Shown here in pieces: positions 1 through 13,535 of a stretch of 64,000 nucleotides of DNA; position 1 is the first letter of the stretch, and every line of letters begins with the position of its first letter. The translations under genes were made by a program, and so were the position numbers. A model generated the notes under the pieces. That model searched no databases. It saw only the letters and a list, made by a program, of their open reading frames with translations, and was not told the DNA's origin. Origin of the DNA: Oculina patagonica (taxonomy: Eukaryota); contig NC_135763.1 in assembly GCF_052425735.1 (NCBI RefSeq), positions 22,692,001 through 22,756,000 of the forward strand, in the 5' to 3' direction.

Positions 1-404
1 GAAAGGACTTAGTGTCTGAAAACTGATAGGCCAGTGAACACAAACAAATTATGTAAACCCCCAAAACAAGTTCTACAACCCTCAGATAAACATTCAAAAG
101 TCTCTGACATATTACAGTGACATAAAATACTAAACAAAACCAATAGATAGGGGCTTTGGCATCGAAAGAAATTTGAATGTTCTGTAAGAGTGAAAACCAA
201 ATATGAACTCAAGGGCTTATATTTGGGAAGTCTACTACTGGAAGGATTTTTGTGTGTAATATTGGAAGGCTTTTTTCACATGGGTGGGTGGGGTGGGTAC
301 ACCATTTTGCAGGCTTTCTCTAACTAATTATAGTGAGAGCTCGTTTATCTACAACTTATAATTTTCGACCTATGACCAATTATCTTGTCCAACATATTGT
401 TTAG

Positions 405-456
405 GATTCAAAACATGAAGATTATTGATGGAAAGCCTGAATATCGCGGAGCAGTG
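405..456 (+). CDS. SLC25A11: Mitochondrial 2-oxoglutarate/malate carrier, penultimate coding exon (gene starts upstream of the window)
   Basis: ttag|GATTCAA...GCAGTG|gtaagt. Translates (R)IQNMKIIDGKPEYRGAV, matching the OGC segment RIQNMRMIDGKPEY. Ends in phase 0. Confidence 0.88.
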
Positions 457-1569
457 GTAAGTGTATTTGATGACGATCCTTGTTTACTTTGTGGACGCAC
501 AAGGATGGGGTGGATGCTAGTTTCTTAATCTGTGATGTGTTCATCAATAGGTAACCATCCTGTCTTGTAGAGCAAGCTTCGGGATATCTACTGAGGGCAA
601 AGTGCTTTTAAAATGTCTTGTAACAAAGAAAAAAGGCCAGTAAGGGGGAGAGGTTCAATCCATTACCCCCCCCCCCCCTTTGCCCCTTTATGGAAACGTA
701 ATCTGTATCATCCACACTACACTCTTTTTTGCAACATAATGGGGCCGGTTTGGTCGATTTTAAGACCAGTTTGTAAGTAGCAGAATTGGGACCTATATGA
801 CTGGTAGTCATTCAGTTACTAGAGAATCTCCAGAGTAATAAAGCTGTTTTATTAAGGACTTTAAGATAAAGTAACTATACACTACACACGTGCAGCTAAA
901 TGCTCTTGCTTCAAACTTATTTTTTGAAACCTTCTTGTTGCATCCATACTTAACCTTCTCACACCACGTAAAACAATTTCGACTACACACCATCTTCAGC
1001 TTGTGATGGTAGTATGATAGAACACATGTCTTAAAATCCTCCCGTCTGTAGTCCGTTGTCACCGTTTCCCTTTCCCCTCCCCTCCCCTCTCACACAACCA
1101 ATCTTAGCCATATTCTTGTTTCTTTTGTTTTGTTTTACGTTATGTTGTTTTCCTACTCTGCTCTTTACACAAGTACTTGAAGTTCTCTAAATCCACTCGA
1201 GTGTTTACTTAGTTTTACACAAACACAACGTCAACGTTTACTGACCAGTCAGAGCGCGTGTTAATGAAATGTTTGTTTCTCTGTGTTGTGGTTGAAAGTT
1301 ATTGCAATCTGAGTAGTGTTAACAAGCTTTAACATGGAGCTTATTGCGTATATAAAACTGTATTTCCACGAAGTTTGACATATGGCATGGCATTTTGTTC
1401 AATCAGAGCTTGCTTAAAATGTTCGGTTTTTGAGTGATTATTATTTTTAGCGAAAAAACACAATTCTAGAGATCAATGTGTGATCAACAGATAGTTGCTA
1501 AAACACAAGCACAGAGTCGTTGGAAAGCGTATTTTTGGTTGATGCTGTCTTTCTCTTTCTGTTTGTTAG

Positions 1570-1734
1570 GATGTTTTCGTGAGAGTTATTCGTCAAGAAG
1601 GTGTATTCGCGCTGTGGAAAGGATTTACACCTTACTATTTCCGTATCGGACCCCACACTGTTCTTACGTTCATCTTCCTTGAACAACTTCAAAGGCTGGC
1701 AAGAAACCACTATGGCGGCTCTACCAGCCTGTAA
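1570..1734 (+). CDS. SLC25A11: SLC25A11 terminal exon, copy A
   Basis: ttag|GAT acceptor. DVFVRVIRQEGVFALWKGFTPYYFRIGPHTVLTFIFLEQLQRLARNHYGGSTSL* carries the carrier EG..ALWKG signature and the OGC helix 6 motif R.GPHTVLTFIFLEQ. Confidence 0.88.
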   Translation, partial: DVFVRVIRQEGVFALWKGFTPYYFRIGPHTVLTFIFLEQLQRLARNHYGGSTSL

Positions 1735-3378
1735 AACACTCTTAGCTTAGTTTGATGAAAAGTTTCTTGAGTCACTGTTTTCAAATGCAGTCAAACTGTA
1801 AAAGAGGGCGGAAAACAAATGGCGATGAGTGACATTCAAAGTAAAAGCGGGTTTTTACTCCAAAACGAAAAATTCCCGGCAACAAACAGTATTTCTTTAA
1901 TAGACAATTTAGTCCTGATATATGATGAAATGCATGCGGAAATACTAATCATAACGTAAGATAAGATAAAATATTTAAATAACTCAACTCTTAGTTCTAA
2001 TATAAGATTGGATACTTACGCACAGAATAGAGTTTTTAAATTGACTGTTCGTTGTGTTTACTTTTTTGCGTTTTTCTAAGGTCTGTTATTGGTTTAAAAT
2101 GTGGTGCACGTCTTCTAACCCATCTTAACCCACATTCTTGCGAACAGGCTCCCTAGTAGAGTGTCCTTTTGCCCTTGACCCCACAAGGGAGCGGTAACAC
2201 ACGACTTGCAACCACACTACAATGACGTCATCATCATCCTGACCATTCCTCTTATCACCGCCGATCTCTATTCAGTCCAGTCTCGAGCAGCCAACCAACC
2301 TCATATGAAACCTTCGCTAATGCCTTGAATTCTTTCCCAATCATCCTTTTTCACCTGTACGCAGTGTGCTAGGGATACGAACATGGCGCGTTATACAGTT
2401 ATTGTATGAAAAAACGGAGTTCGATGTCAAATAATTTACGTAAAATTTAAACACTCAAAATGTACAAATTTTTACTGAGTGAATTTATTAAGGACTAGGC
2501 AAAACTTTCATCTGGCCCAATTTGAGGGGTGAAGATTGTTTGTAGTAAATTTACGGACTTAGTGTTTTACAGGCAAATATAACAAAAAGTTATAAACGCG
2601 ACTGCACAGTTTCTAGAACAGATACATTCCAGTACGGTATGATATCATTTCCAATTTTTAAATTTTGGAAACCTGCCATGCAAATACTGTCAGTATTTCT
2701 TACAGTTGGTCTATCCTTTTACCGAGTGGCGCCATTTCCCACAAAAACTGCCACTGCTAAGTGTTGTTGCCTAGTAACCAGCTGGCCTACCAAAGCTTAC
2801 TGCCTCATTGATTCATTTCTAAAACGTAACATTGTTGCATTTATTTTCGTCCTGAGCGTTGTGTTACTTGTCACGTGACGTCCTAAACACAACTAAGCTG
2901 CTCAACCTCTGACTCGTACCCAGTCGTCTAAAATGAGACAACTGTAAGACGGGAGAAATTCGTAAGCTTAGGCATTCTTTGATATCGCGTCGCGGAGTTC
3001 GTTACTGTTTTTTCGAATTTCAAAGGAATTCAAGTGGTTCTTTAAAAATTGTCATTATCAAAAAAGTTGCAGCAAACACGAGAAAGTTTCTAGTTTTTCT
3101 CTTCCTCTCTGGCATGCTCTATGTGCTGTAGAGACCAACACGCCCTTGTTTTAGTGTGGGTACCAATACAAAAAGCACCCGGCTTTTAGCGCCCAATAAT
3201 AATTGTCCCAAGACTAAGTTGTCTAAGTTCTGCATACTCTATGCTACCTTTTTTCTTTCTGTTGTTAGGATGTGTACAATGCGTCCCAAGAGTTCTGTTC
3301 TAGTTTGTGGATAAGAATGTGATTCGCAAACAATCCCGTATGCTTCATGTTTTTTTGTAATTTTTGTTTGTTTGTTAG

Positions 3379-3543
3379 GATGTGTTCGTGAGAGTTATTC
3401 GACAAGAAGGGCTTTTCTCGCTGTGGAAAGGATTTACACCTTACTATTTCCGTCTTGGACCCCACACTGTTCTTACGTTCATCTTCCTTGAACAACTTCA
3501 AAAGCTGGCAAGAAACCACTATGGCGGCTCTTCTACATTGTAA
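3379..3543 (+). CDS. SLC25A11: SLC25A11 terminal exon, copy B (duplicated alternative last exon)
   Basis: ttag|GAT acceptor. DVFVRVIRQEGLFSLWKGFTPYYFRLGPHTVLTFIFLEQLQKLARNHYGGSSTL*, same 165-nt length as copy A and intact. Confidence 0.8.
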   Translation, partial: DVFVRVIRQEGLFSLWKGFTPYYFRLGPHTVLTFIFLEQLQKLARNHYGGSSTL

Positions 3544-5510
3544 AAAGACTCCTAGTTTAGTTTTTTTTGAAATATTACTTTGAACAGTAAGTTGTCTTTC
3601 AAATGACGTCAAATTTAATTTTTGAATGGCTTTGTGACAGTGCTGGATCGTGGAAGAAGTTTAAGAAGAATTGTCCAGTAGTCAGCTAAAAAAGTTGGAA
3701 TGTTCTTGAGGCTTAAAATTTTTTATCATGTTTAATTTCAGTGAAGTCCATGTTTTTTGTGTCCCTTCTTTATGGATTGCAGGACTAAAAGCCTTGACAA
3801 GATTGATCATCCAGATATGACAGATATTTTTTACAAAGATGAAAGACTCGCTTAGGTCACAAACTGTTTTCAATTTAGTAAAATTGTACGATATCGATTA
3901 GTCAACTGTTTGTTAGATGTTGTTGTGGTAGTATTAAATGTATAATGCCCGTGAAGTGTTACATGGGTCTTATATTTGAAGTCCACTGCATGCACTAGTG
4001 ATTTGCTCACAAACAACTAAATGGCGTGCTGATAGCATTGATGTCTGACATTTACTCTTGACATCTCGGGAAATGTCAAGTCAATGAAAATTATATTATA
4101 AAGATATAGCTGATAGCCAAGTTGTTTATTCAGGTCTTTTGCCAAAATGCCAGCAGTTTTGGTCTTTAAACTGTCGCACTTTCGACGTACTTTGAAGGAT
4201 TTCGTCCATTTCTTTACACGGAGCTGAGAGAAATTTGGATATCTGTCACAAATTGATGAAGTTTTTAAGAGACGAACATAACTGAAGACAGACAGGGGAA
4301 ACCAGTGAACCTTGTTGAACTGTTTTCAATCTTTCAATCTGTTTTGAAGTTACGTTGCTCTAACCAGTTACAACTTCTAAATTTTGTTTGTTTGGATAAA
4401 ATCTTTGTCCTGTCGTGGCATAGTTTTGTTATTTGTGTCATAGCAACATTTGAAATTGCAGAAACCACGGACATATCAAGCAGGCTTTAGCAGGTTTGAA
4501 AAAAATCCAAACTACGAAACAGGTTCCTAATGAAGTTATCAAAGTTCACATTTTTCTGCCGATTTAAAAGGTAACCTTTGGATTTCTTATCCTGCCGTGT
4601 CACACACTTTGACACAAACTCTGAATTAAAACGCAATTTTGCAGGTTGGCTTTAAATGTCTGCATGGCAAATAAAACACCGATAAAAGCTGAAAAGTTTA
4701 AGCTCTTCCTAATGTGCTAAAGTGTTAACGTTGATTTCATTCACACAACATCGGCTCTATGTCGACAGAGTCTGTAGGCAAAACTGTCATTTTAAATCCA
4801 CGCTCCTCTATCTTTCACCATGCACACGTTCAATTTCTTTTTATATCAAAAGATGGCAAGGATTCACCCAAAAGAGATTTTTCTTTCGAAATTTACATTT
4901 TTTTATTGCCGAGATTTATTGATATAACACATAGCCTAGAAAAATTGTTTGTTTTTATAGTTTTATTTCATGCGTGTTAACAGTTTGTATTGTAAATGAT
5001 CTGGTGTTTAATGTGAAGAACTGAGCTTGAGTTTTCTACATTATAAACGTGCTACCAAGTCAGTATCGAAGCTTCAACAGAACAAGCTCAGAATAGAAAA
5101 GAATATGCAAAGTTTGCCGTCACAGCTAAACCATGAACATCCTCAAGTATTCACGGTACAACATTGATTTCATCTTTGGAATATCAATTACTGTGACATA
5201 ATTAGATCGTAATGATTTATTCAGATTTGAGGTCCTTAGCGAGGTGAACCGCAAGTCAGCGAAAAGGACATCGATTTCTCCTGTAGAAACGATGTTCACT
5301 AGTGATAAACCAGACATGGACAAGATAAAAAGGAGCACTCCATAGAGCTCCAGAACAATGTTAACTGCAGGAGGCTAGTGCGCAGTGCATTGAAACAAAT
5401 GTTTTTTATTAATCCACTGAAGCGAACTCATGAATTTGAAATGACTTTTGGCTTCTAAAGGAATGCGAGTGTTACAAACACAGATTTAGAGCATCGCAGA
5501 CAAGCAAGAG

Positions 5511-8500
5511 ATGGATGGACTTCTCAGTTTGGGCAGAGATTCCAACAAAAACGAGACTGAACTTGCAACATTCGCGAACAGGGGTAGCTCGCTGCGTTGC
5601 AGGGCCGGCACCAACGACACAAACAGAGGACCAAGGATTGTAATAAATATTTCTGGGCAGCGATACGAGACGTACGAAAAGACGCTTGAATCATTTCCTG
5701 AATCACTTCTTGGAGACAAAGAAAGAAGGAAGGACTTTTATGATCCTGTCAACGGTGAATATTTTTTTGACCGAAACCGTATTTGTTTCGAGTCGATACT
5801 AGCTTACTATCAAACATGTGGAATTCTAATACGACCACCTAACATCCCTCGTAAGGTATTTATTAGCGATGTTCGCTTCTTTGATCTCGGAGCAAAGGCT
5901 TTACTTCAAGCTGGGGATGGTTTAGAAGAGCCCGTCGAGGAAACTAAACGACCTTTACCAAAGAACAAAATACAGAGAAAAGTCTGGGAGCTGTTCGAGC
6001 ATCCAGATACGTCAAATTTCGCGCGTGGAATCGCGATTTGGTCTGTGTGTATTATCATCTTATCAATAGTTCTTTTCTGTGTGGAGACTTTGCCGCAGTT
6101 TCAAGAACAGCCACCTCAAAAAACGAACGATACGACGAAGGCCGTCCCGTCAAAAAAGAAAACAGACAACCCGTTCTTTGTGACTGAAGCATTTTGCATT
6201 ACCTGGTTTACGTTCGAGTATGTGATTCGCTTTGTGTTTAGCCCAAACAAGTGGAAATTTTTCATCTCGGTTTTAAACATTATCGACATTGTGTCTATAA
6301 TACCGTTCTATATAACTTTGCCCATGGAGGACTCGGGAAATGTGTCATCGCTCGCTGTTCTTCGCTCCGTAAGACTTGTGCGGGTATTCCGAATTTTTAA
6401 ACTGTCGCGTTACTCGCGAGGACTTCAAATACTTGGACATACACTCAAGGCAAGTTTACGAGAATTAGGCCTTCTGTTTTTCTTCCTTTGTATGGGTGTT
6501 GTTTTGTTCTCCAGTGCTGTTTATTACGCAGAAATCAGCAATGAAGATGGAAATGATTTCCTGAGCATTCCACATTCATTCTGGTGGGCCATAATTACAA
6601 TGACCACAGTGGGCTATGGAGACATAACACCCAAGACTTTAGGTATGTACTGTACAAGCTTACAGTTTTAAATATTTACTTTTTATATTTGGGTTGGACA
6701 ACGTTGGGCATTATTAAATTTAAACTGACTGTCGGAATTGATTATTATAAGCTACTGTCGAGTCTTGAATCAACAAGAAACACCAGTAATAACATTATCA
6801 AAATTCAATAGATATAATATTATCTATGAATAACCCGTTGTTTAAATCCTTTGTTTATGTCTGTTAGCTAATTCGAAATGATTTTCATTTAAGTACACTC
6901 ACAAGACAAACATAAAAGATAAAACCTCCGGAAAAAATGATCTGAACTTAAAATTGCAACTTACGAAGCGCTGTTCTTTAAATACGAAGTCGATTTTGAA
7001 CGGAAACAAAACATCACGCTTCGTTTGTTTTGTCACGAAATTTCAACTATCTCAGTTTTCATCTAAAAGGTTCGACCTGGTGCTCTTGGAACGTTCTCGC
7101 AACAATGCATTATTTACTTAAAATCTCAGCTATTTTGCCCACAAAACAGCAGGATTTAAAATTTCGAGTAGCATTCCATTTACATCGTGAAACATGGCTC
7201 TTTAAGTCGCCTTTTTCGCGAGTGTTGTATAGTTGGTGAAACATTTTACACCAACATTAATGTTGGAAAGGCTAAAGTGGACTTCATACACTTACAAAAG
7301 ATTTTTTTCTTTTGAGGAAGAGTGTTTGTTTTTATTCTAATGCAATTGAAAAAAGGCGTTGAAAACTGGCGTATTGTTAAAACCTGTCGCATCCAAACAA
7401 GCAAGGTTATTTGTGAATTTCATTTCAAAAACAGGGGCTGTTTTTAAAAGCACCATACAGACGTGTTTTTATTTTTCGATCGTTTCCTAAGGACAGACAA
7501 AGTTTCTTGCTAGTACCGTCGTTTGTGTCTTTTCAACCACATCAAAGGACTTATGTAATTAAGCAAATAAACCGGCCATAAACCGCTAAATTTACCACCA
7601 AAAACAACCACCAGTAATTTGGATTCAATTCTCACTGGTTAACTAAGGTTCGAGGATTTTTAGTATCGGACATTTGCAGCACAGATAATTTCAGTACTTT
7701 CTGGACAAATAGTTGGAACGTTTGGCCTTTTTGTTTGTGTAATCTTGATTTATTATGCCTGACAGTCCTTTATATCATATTGACAGACTTTTGTTCAAAA
7801 AGAAAAAAAGAATGGCTTAGAACAGAAGCGAAACTTAACGAAATTATTAATAATACTTGCATGTGTTCTAAATCAGTTATTAAAAGAGGTGAGGTACACT
7901 GAACAAAACTATGCTTGACTTGTTAATATTTTGTTCTTTGGTTCTTGCATACGTCTTCTCAATCTACGTATAAACAGTCTGCCAACCCTGTGTCGTGGAT
8001 TGGGGGGGGGGGGGGTAGGGAGGTGGGGGGACTGGGGAGGGAGGGAACGAGACAGGCGACCCTTTAATTTCAGGGATATCAAAGCAATAGAAAGTAAAAC
8101 TGGAAAAAGCATGACGAAATTAGAAAGGCTGATTGTCTTAAATTCACTACCGTGAAAGTGTAAGATTTTGTATGAAAAATTTAGAGTGAATGGAAAAGTT
8201 GCTGGATATTTGCCCATTTGGCTGCTGTGGATAGATACCTAACCTTGACCCCAAGCTTCAAGGCCAATTATTCTGATTTTTATATATTCTAGTCACTATC
8301 CGTCTTCTCATTGGCTGAGAGCCTACAGTTAATAAATTAAACAATTTTTGGATGAGGTTTTTGTGATATCCGGAATAATCAAGGTCGAGGTAAGCGTTAT
8401 CGGCTGAGGCTGATAACTCTTACCGAGATCTTGATTATTCCGGATATCATGAAAACCGAATTTAATAATTGTTTTATTATACACTGTTTTTCTGGAAAAA

Positions 8501-10402
8501 AATAAGGACAAAACGATTACAACACTTCTACTTAATCCAACTTGTCGTCTTGCTTCTGAATGCCTTTCCCTCAAGGTATTCGTGGAATAGTTCCTTCGCA
8601 ATCGTTGTCGGTCATTTTACGAGAATTAATTGTCCAGCAATTTTTCAATTTAGGTCAATTTTTTGCGCGGTTGAAGAAGCGAATCGACAAACTATGAATT
8701 TCCTTCGCTGTCAGATGTGTCCCACATTGCTCTCGGAAATCATGCATTGCGCGCTCAACCTACAGATTAGTGAATAATCTGCTAGCAGGTTATTCACTGA
8801 TCTGTAGGTTGCACTAATTCTCGGAATTAATTGTAGGCTCTTAGCCAATGAGAAGACAGATAGTGACTGTAATGTATAATAATTCTGGGAATCAGCGCAA
8901 CGTACTATACAGATTATTCGATAATCTGCTAGCCAAGGCAGATTAGTGAATAATCTGTAGGTTGTGCGCGCAATGCATGATTACCAGAGCAATTTCAGGT
9001 TCACGTGTGCGGGTGAGTGGCATCTTGCACACAGCGAAATAAAAACATGGCTCGTCGATTCGCTTCTTCAACCGAGCAAACTTTTCTGGACTATTACGCA
9101 TGTAAGACTCGGAAAATACAAAGACATCGACAAAAGCTGCAAAGGAACTGTTCTACGAATACCTTGAGGAGAAAAACATTCAGGAGCCGGACGGCAAAAA
9201 AGGAATTAGCACTAGACAAAGTCTTGAAATCGTTTGTCGTTATTTTCTTTAAAACAATGTTCACAATAGTTAGACTCGGTTTTTGTGATATCTGGAATAT
9301 CACAAAAACCTCATCCAATAATTGATAATAATTTTTGCTGCAAGGTGGGCATACAGTGACCCCGAGTACCTCGTTGAATTATTAGTCAGTTACATCAATT
9401 TCAAGTTTATGAGGTAAAAAATGCTCGATTGACGACCCAGAGACCAGTGCAGGTATTGTGCAGTGGTGTTTCTAGTGTTCTATAACTTTGTCTTGCCCTC
9501 AATACACTAATACAAGAACAAATCTATGGAAAGCTTAAAAGAGGGAGTGCACGCTGACCAGCGCCTCGACATCTCTCAATATATCTGTCTGAAAATGAGC
9601 TGACAAATAACGACTTTAAAACTTTTAGAGATATATTGTATAAAAAAGCACTCTAATTAAACATTCTGATCTGCATTACTTTCAAACCTGTAGTCATTAT
9701 GGCTCCTGTTTCAAACATATTTAAGTTTTATTTAAGTTTACATTTAAAAATATGGAAAAGCTCTTTGGGGGGGGGGGGGAGAAGCTTTGTCTGAGTATTT
9801 CAGGAATAATTTTTAGGGTAATTATTTGCACGAGGTTCTTAATTTTCAAACACTGACCGCATGCGTTTGCAGCGCCATGTTTATGTTGAACCTGTTGCAA
9901 AATGGCGGGTACAGATATCTGCGAGCATGCCGTACTGACCCTGTTTATTTTCTAACTGTACTTTGCAGGTGGAAAGCTAGTTGGGTGTTTCTGTGCCATC
10001 ACAGGTGTGTTGGCTATTGCTCTCCCTGTCCCTGTCATAGTGTCTAACTTCGCTTACTACTACTCTAAAGAAAATGGCAGGCAATCAAACATGGACGAAG
10101 AAGAGGAAGAAGGAGAAATTGAAGAGCAAAAGGAAACAGAGAAAAACGAGACAAAGACGAAAAGCATACTCAACTGTGTCGGAAAGAAATCTCAAAAGAA
10201 TAAAGGGGAGGGAAAACAGAGAAAGAGAAAACGGAAATATGGAACGGCAAAGTTTCCTGATACAATGTACAACTCTATAGATTCTAATGTTAACATGGAT
10301 CATCAAAATGGCCTGGCAAACTCGAATTCTATTGGTGGTAAAAACGACTATCAAAACAACGAAAAGAAGACTTCTTTGTCGCAGGTAGAAACAATCGTCT
10401 AA
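5511..10402 (+). CDS. Shaker/Kv1-family voltage-gated potassium channel; exons 5511-6642 and 9969-10402
   Basis: T1 domain ([17 protein letters not shown]), S4 [17 protein letters not shown], pore TMTTVGYGD. Phase-1 intron G|gtatgt...ttgcag|GT joins to S6 [28 protein letters not shown]-terminus ETIV. Confidence 0.95.
8291..9330. mobile_element. Composite MITE-like inverted-repeat element in the Kv intron
   Basis: TIR agtcactatccgtcttctcattggctgagagcctaca (about 8291) pairs with tgtaggctcttagccaatgagaagacagatagtgact (about 8832-8868). About 8920-9325 is a diverged inverted copy of about 8340-8790. Confidence 0.65.
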
Positions 10403-11221
10403 CGAGAATTACTTCAGAACTTAGAGGAGACGTCAGAGATGTACGTCGTGAGCTCGGAGCCTAGTGGCTTGAAAAAAACCAGCGTCAACTGGGACCAATT
10501 AGCGTTCTTCCCTTTGGGATACCAGAGGGGATTTACATGTAATACTTTGCTTCCCGCAGAAGGCATAGAACCCCTCCCCACCCCTAGGGTGTTTCTATCT
10601 GCGTCACTTTGACGTGTTTCGCTCTCTAGAAGCCGTGGCCAGCTGCTGAACTACGAAATTGTCGCTTTTTAGTCGCGTTGACGAGCTGTCAAAAAACCTA
10701 AGGCTATCGTGATAGAACTGTAAAAAGTGCGCAAATAGAGCTGTTAGTTTTTATTTTCAACGATTTTGGCGCTTAGAAAGAATTTTAAAAGGCGCTCAGA
10801 AATTTGATAAAGAACTTGACATTGTTCCACTAACCAACCACAAAGGCAGCGCAAATTGATTCTCACTTTGCGTAAATCTTTTGCGTTTGATTTGTGGACT
10901 TTTTTGTTTTAAATAAAATTGAGAATAAGACACAAACTAGTATGTGTTGTGATGTGTTTGATAACACGTGATGCCAGCAGAGTGGAAAACCATGGACAAC
11001 CAAGAAACAAGTCCAATTTTGTATGATTATTTACCAATCAGAGAACAGTGCGAGCAACGACTTCATAGAATAAGTCCCTGAACTCGCCGGTATTTGTTCC
11101 CATAGCAACTAATCATCACGACAGATCGGGTAACGACACCTTACTTGAAAACAACAGAACTTGTTGCCCAGACCGACAACACAACACTTTCACCGCTATG
11201 ACGACGACAGATCGTCTGTAA

Positions 11222-11500
11222 AGGCCCCTTTACACAGGGGATTTGTGATGCGGCTTTTGTCGCGCTCGAGCTCGCGATGAAAATGTAAACTAGCGGTGTT
11301 TGGGCGTGATTTGTCGTCGCGATCTTGCGGAAGTTTCAAACATGTTCGAAATCTCCTCGATATCGCACTGAAATTGCCGTTAGTTAGTTACACTTGCGAT
11401 TTTCGTGGGATTTTCATCGGGAGCTCAAGCGCGACAAAAGTTGCAACGATCGGAAAGCGCGACAAAAGCCGCATCAAAAATCGCCTGTGTAAACGGGCCT
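11222..11500. mobile_element. PIF/Harbinger-like MITE
   Basis: TIRs aggcccctttacacagg / cctgtgtaaacgggcct; flanks taa / tca. Confidence 0.7.
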
Positions 11501-13535
11501 TCACCACGGGCTCATCCCTATTCTCTGTACATCTTTTCAACCCACCCCATTAAATTCAAAGAGACACCCTAGATCTGCTAGATTTCCTTGCGCTAACACT
11601 GCGAGCTGTCGCTCTCTCTTTAGAAGAGACGACACGCGAGAGGAAATTTCTAAATTGCGGCAAAAAAAACGAGACCCGGAGGGGGGTTACTCAACACAGT
11701 TTCATTCGGGGAGGCTCCGGCGCCCGGTGGTCCAAACCCTTATCCTTTTCTATACCATTTTTGACAGAATAGGCCTCCCACATTATGAAGCTGGAAAAAA
11801 ATTGTTCAGAAAAATTGCCTAGCCCTCCCACTTCGTCTTCCCCCCTCAAAAGGTATAATAGTCCATCCCTAACCGGAGGCAGGTGTTGTCTTCACAAGAA
11901 ATGCAAATTCTGAACAGTCACTCAATGCCAAATTTTAACGCTTTATATCCCGTTGTTTCGTATAGGACTTTTATTGTGGTTTTATAACTGTTGAAAAAAA
12001 AACTATAAACAGGTTAGTCCTTTCTATATTAAACAATTAGAGCATGAGCTCAAATTTCTGTAAGGCAACCGAGTCAACTATGACCTCATAGAAATCGAAA
12101 TTACTAATGGGCCAGCCATCTTACTTCTGAGCGGGGGGGGGGGGTGGGGGGGTGGGGGGGGGATGGGTGATTTGGTGTGGGCGTGAATTTTTTTCAACCC
12201 ACTGTAAATGCTCGAATTTTTTTCGGACGATGGTCTTGTGCAGGAATTTTTTTCTTGCATGCGTGAGCTTGCAGGATTTTTTTTCAAACTGAATCACCCC
12301 TCCTAACCCCCAGAAAGTTAAATTTCTAGATGACTGTTGATTTAACGACAGAATGTTGAACACATAACACAAAAAATTAACTTTCTCTAGTTTTAATTAA
12401 TTCTACATGTGAGTACAGTGAATTTACAAAACCAGTAAAAGTGATCTAATATACTTGCTATAAGACACTAATTTTAAAGCATTCAATCGGTAATGTAGTC
12501 TGAATTGTTAGCAGTCCTATCGTCCTAACCCCCCAGAGGAGGGGTGCACCAGACTTCTTCGTTTTGGAGTCATTGAAATAAAGGACCTACATTCGTACGA
12601 TTTAAATTTTGGACAATAAGAGTGTCCGAAAATAAAACCGTCCGAAATTTTTAAGCGTCTGAAATTTAAAACCTCCGAAATATCTACAGTACAGTATAAC
12701 TGTTTTAAGTACACAAATAAACCCGACTTGACAAGGAAGGATTTTGGGATGGCAGAAATAGTAGAAGCTGTAACCGAGGATCTAGAGCCATATGATCATT
12801 TTGAAGATCTTGTAGCAGATCATATAAGCCACTTTGAACTCCAAAACTTTGAACTGAGTTTCCTTTATGGAGCGAACTCTAGTTGAGACATGGCTTGAAA
12901 AACATAACGGCTTGATAGTATTTGTGTTATTTTCGCATCGGTGTATCTGTAAAACCTTGAGAGTGCAGCAAAACTATCATTTTCACAAATGTTGTTTTAC
13001 TCTAATTCGTGTTTTGTAGGCGTAAATTTACTTTAGCCATGTTTCACCAAAGTGTACGAAAGTTTTGTCCGAAAATTAAACGTCCGAATTTTTTTTGCAT
13101 GTATCACGGAGTGGTTTTATGGGATAGATATTTAGTGTAATAAATATCTTCGTTTGTGTCTACCAGACTACATTGTATAAGAGAATGACAATTTGCCATT
13201 GGAGGCTGTTTTAGTAGTCCTGGAGCAAAATCACAAGTTGTCTACAGTTGAATAAAGAGCTTTTTAAAACTTTGCATATTTGTATCAAATTTATTTATAA
13301 TAAAGTTTACTTCCGCCGTGTTCCAGCAGCTACATGTATTCTGGCATCCTCGATTTAGAGTGCATTCAAAACATTGTTCTTCAAGTCACAACACCAGGCG
13401 TGATCTTGAATTTGAGAAAAAAAAAATGTACCAAGATCGGTATTAATTCAATTTTGAGATAATCAGGCGATGGTCCGTCCAGCAGTCGGCGCCACACATG
13501 GCTTTGATCACTCGTACGTCTCGCCTATTCTTGGC

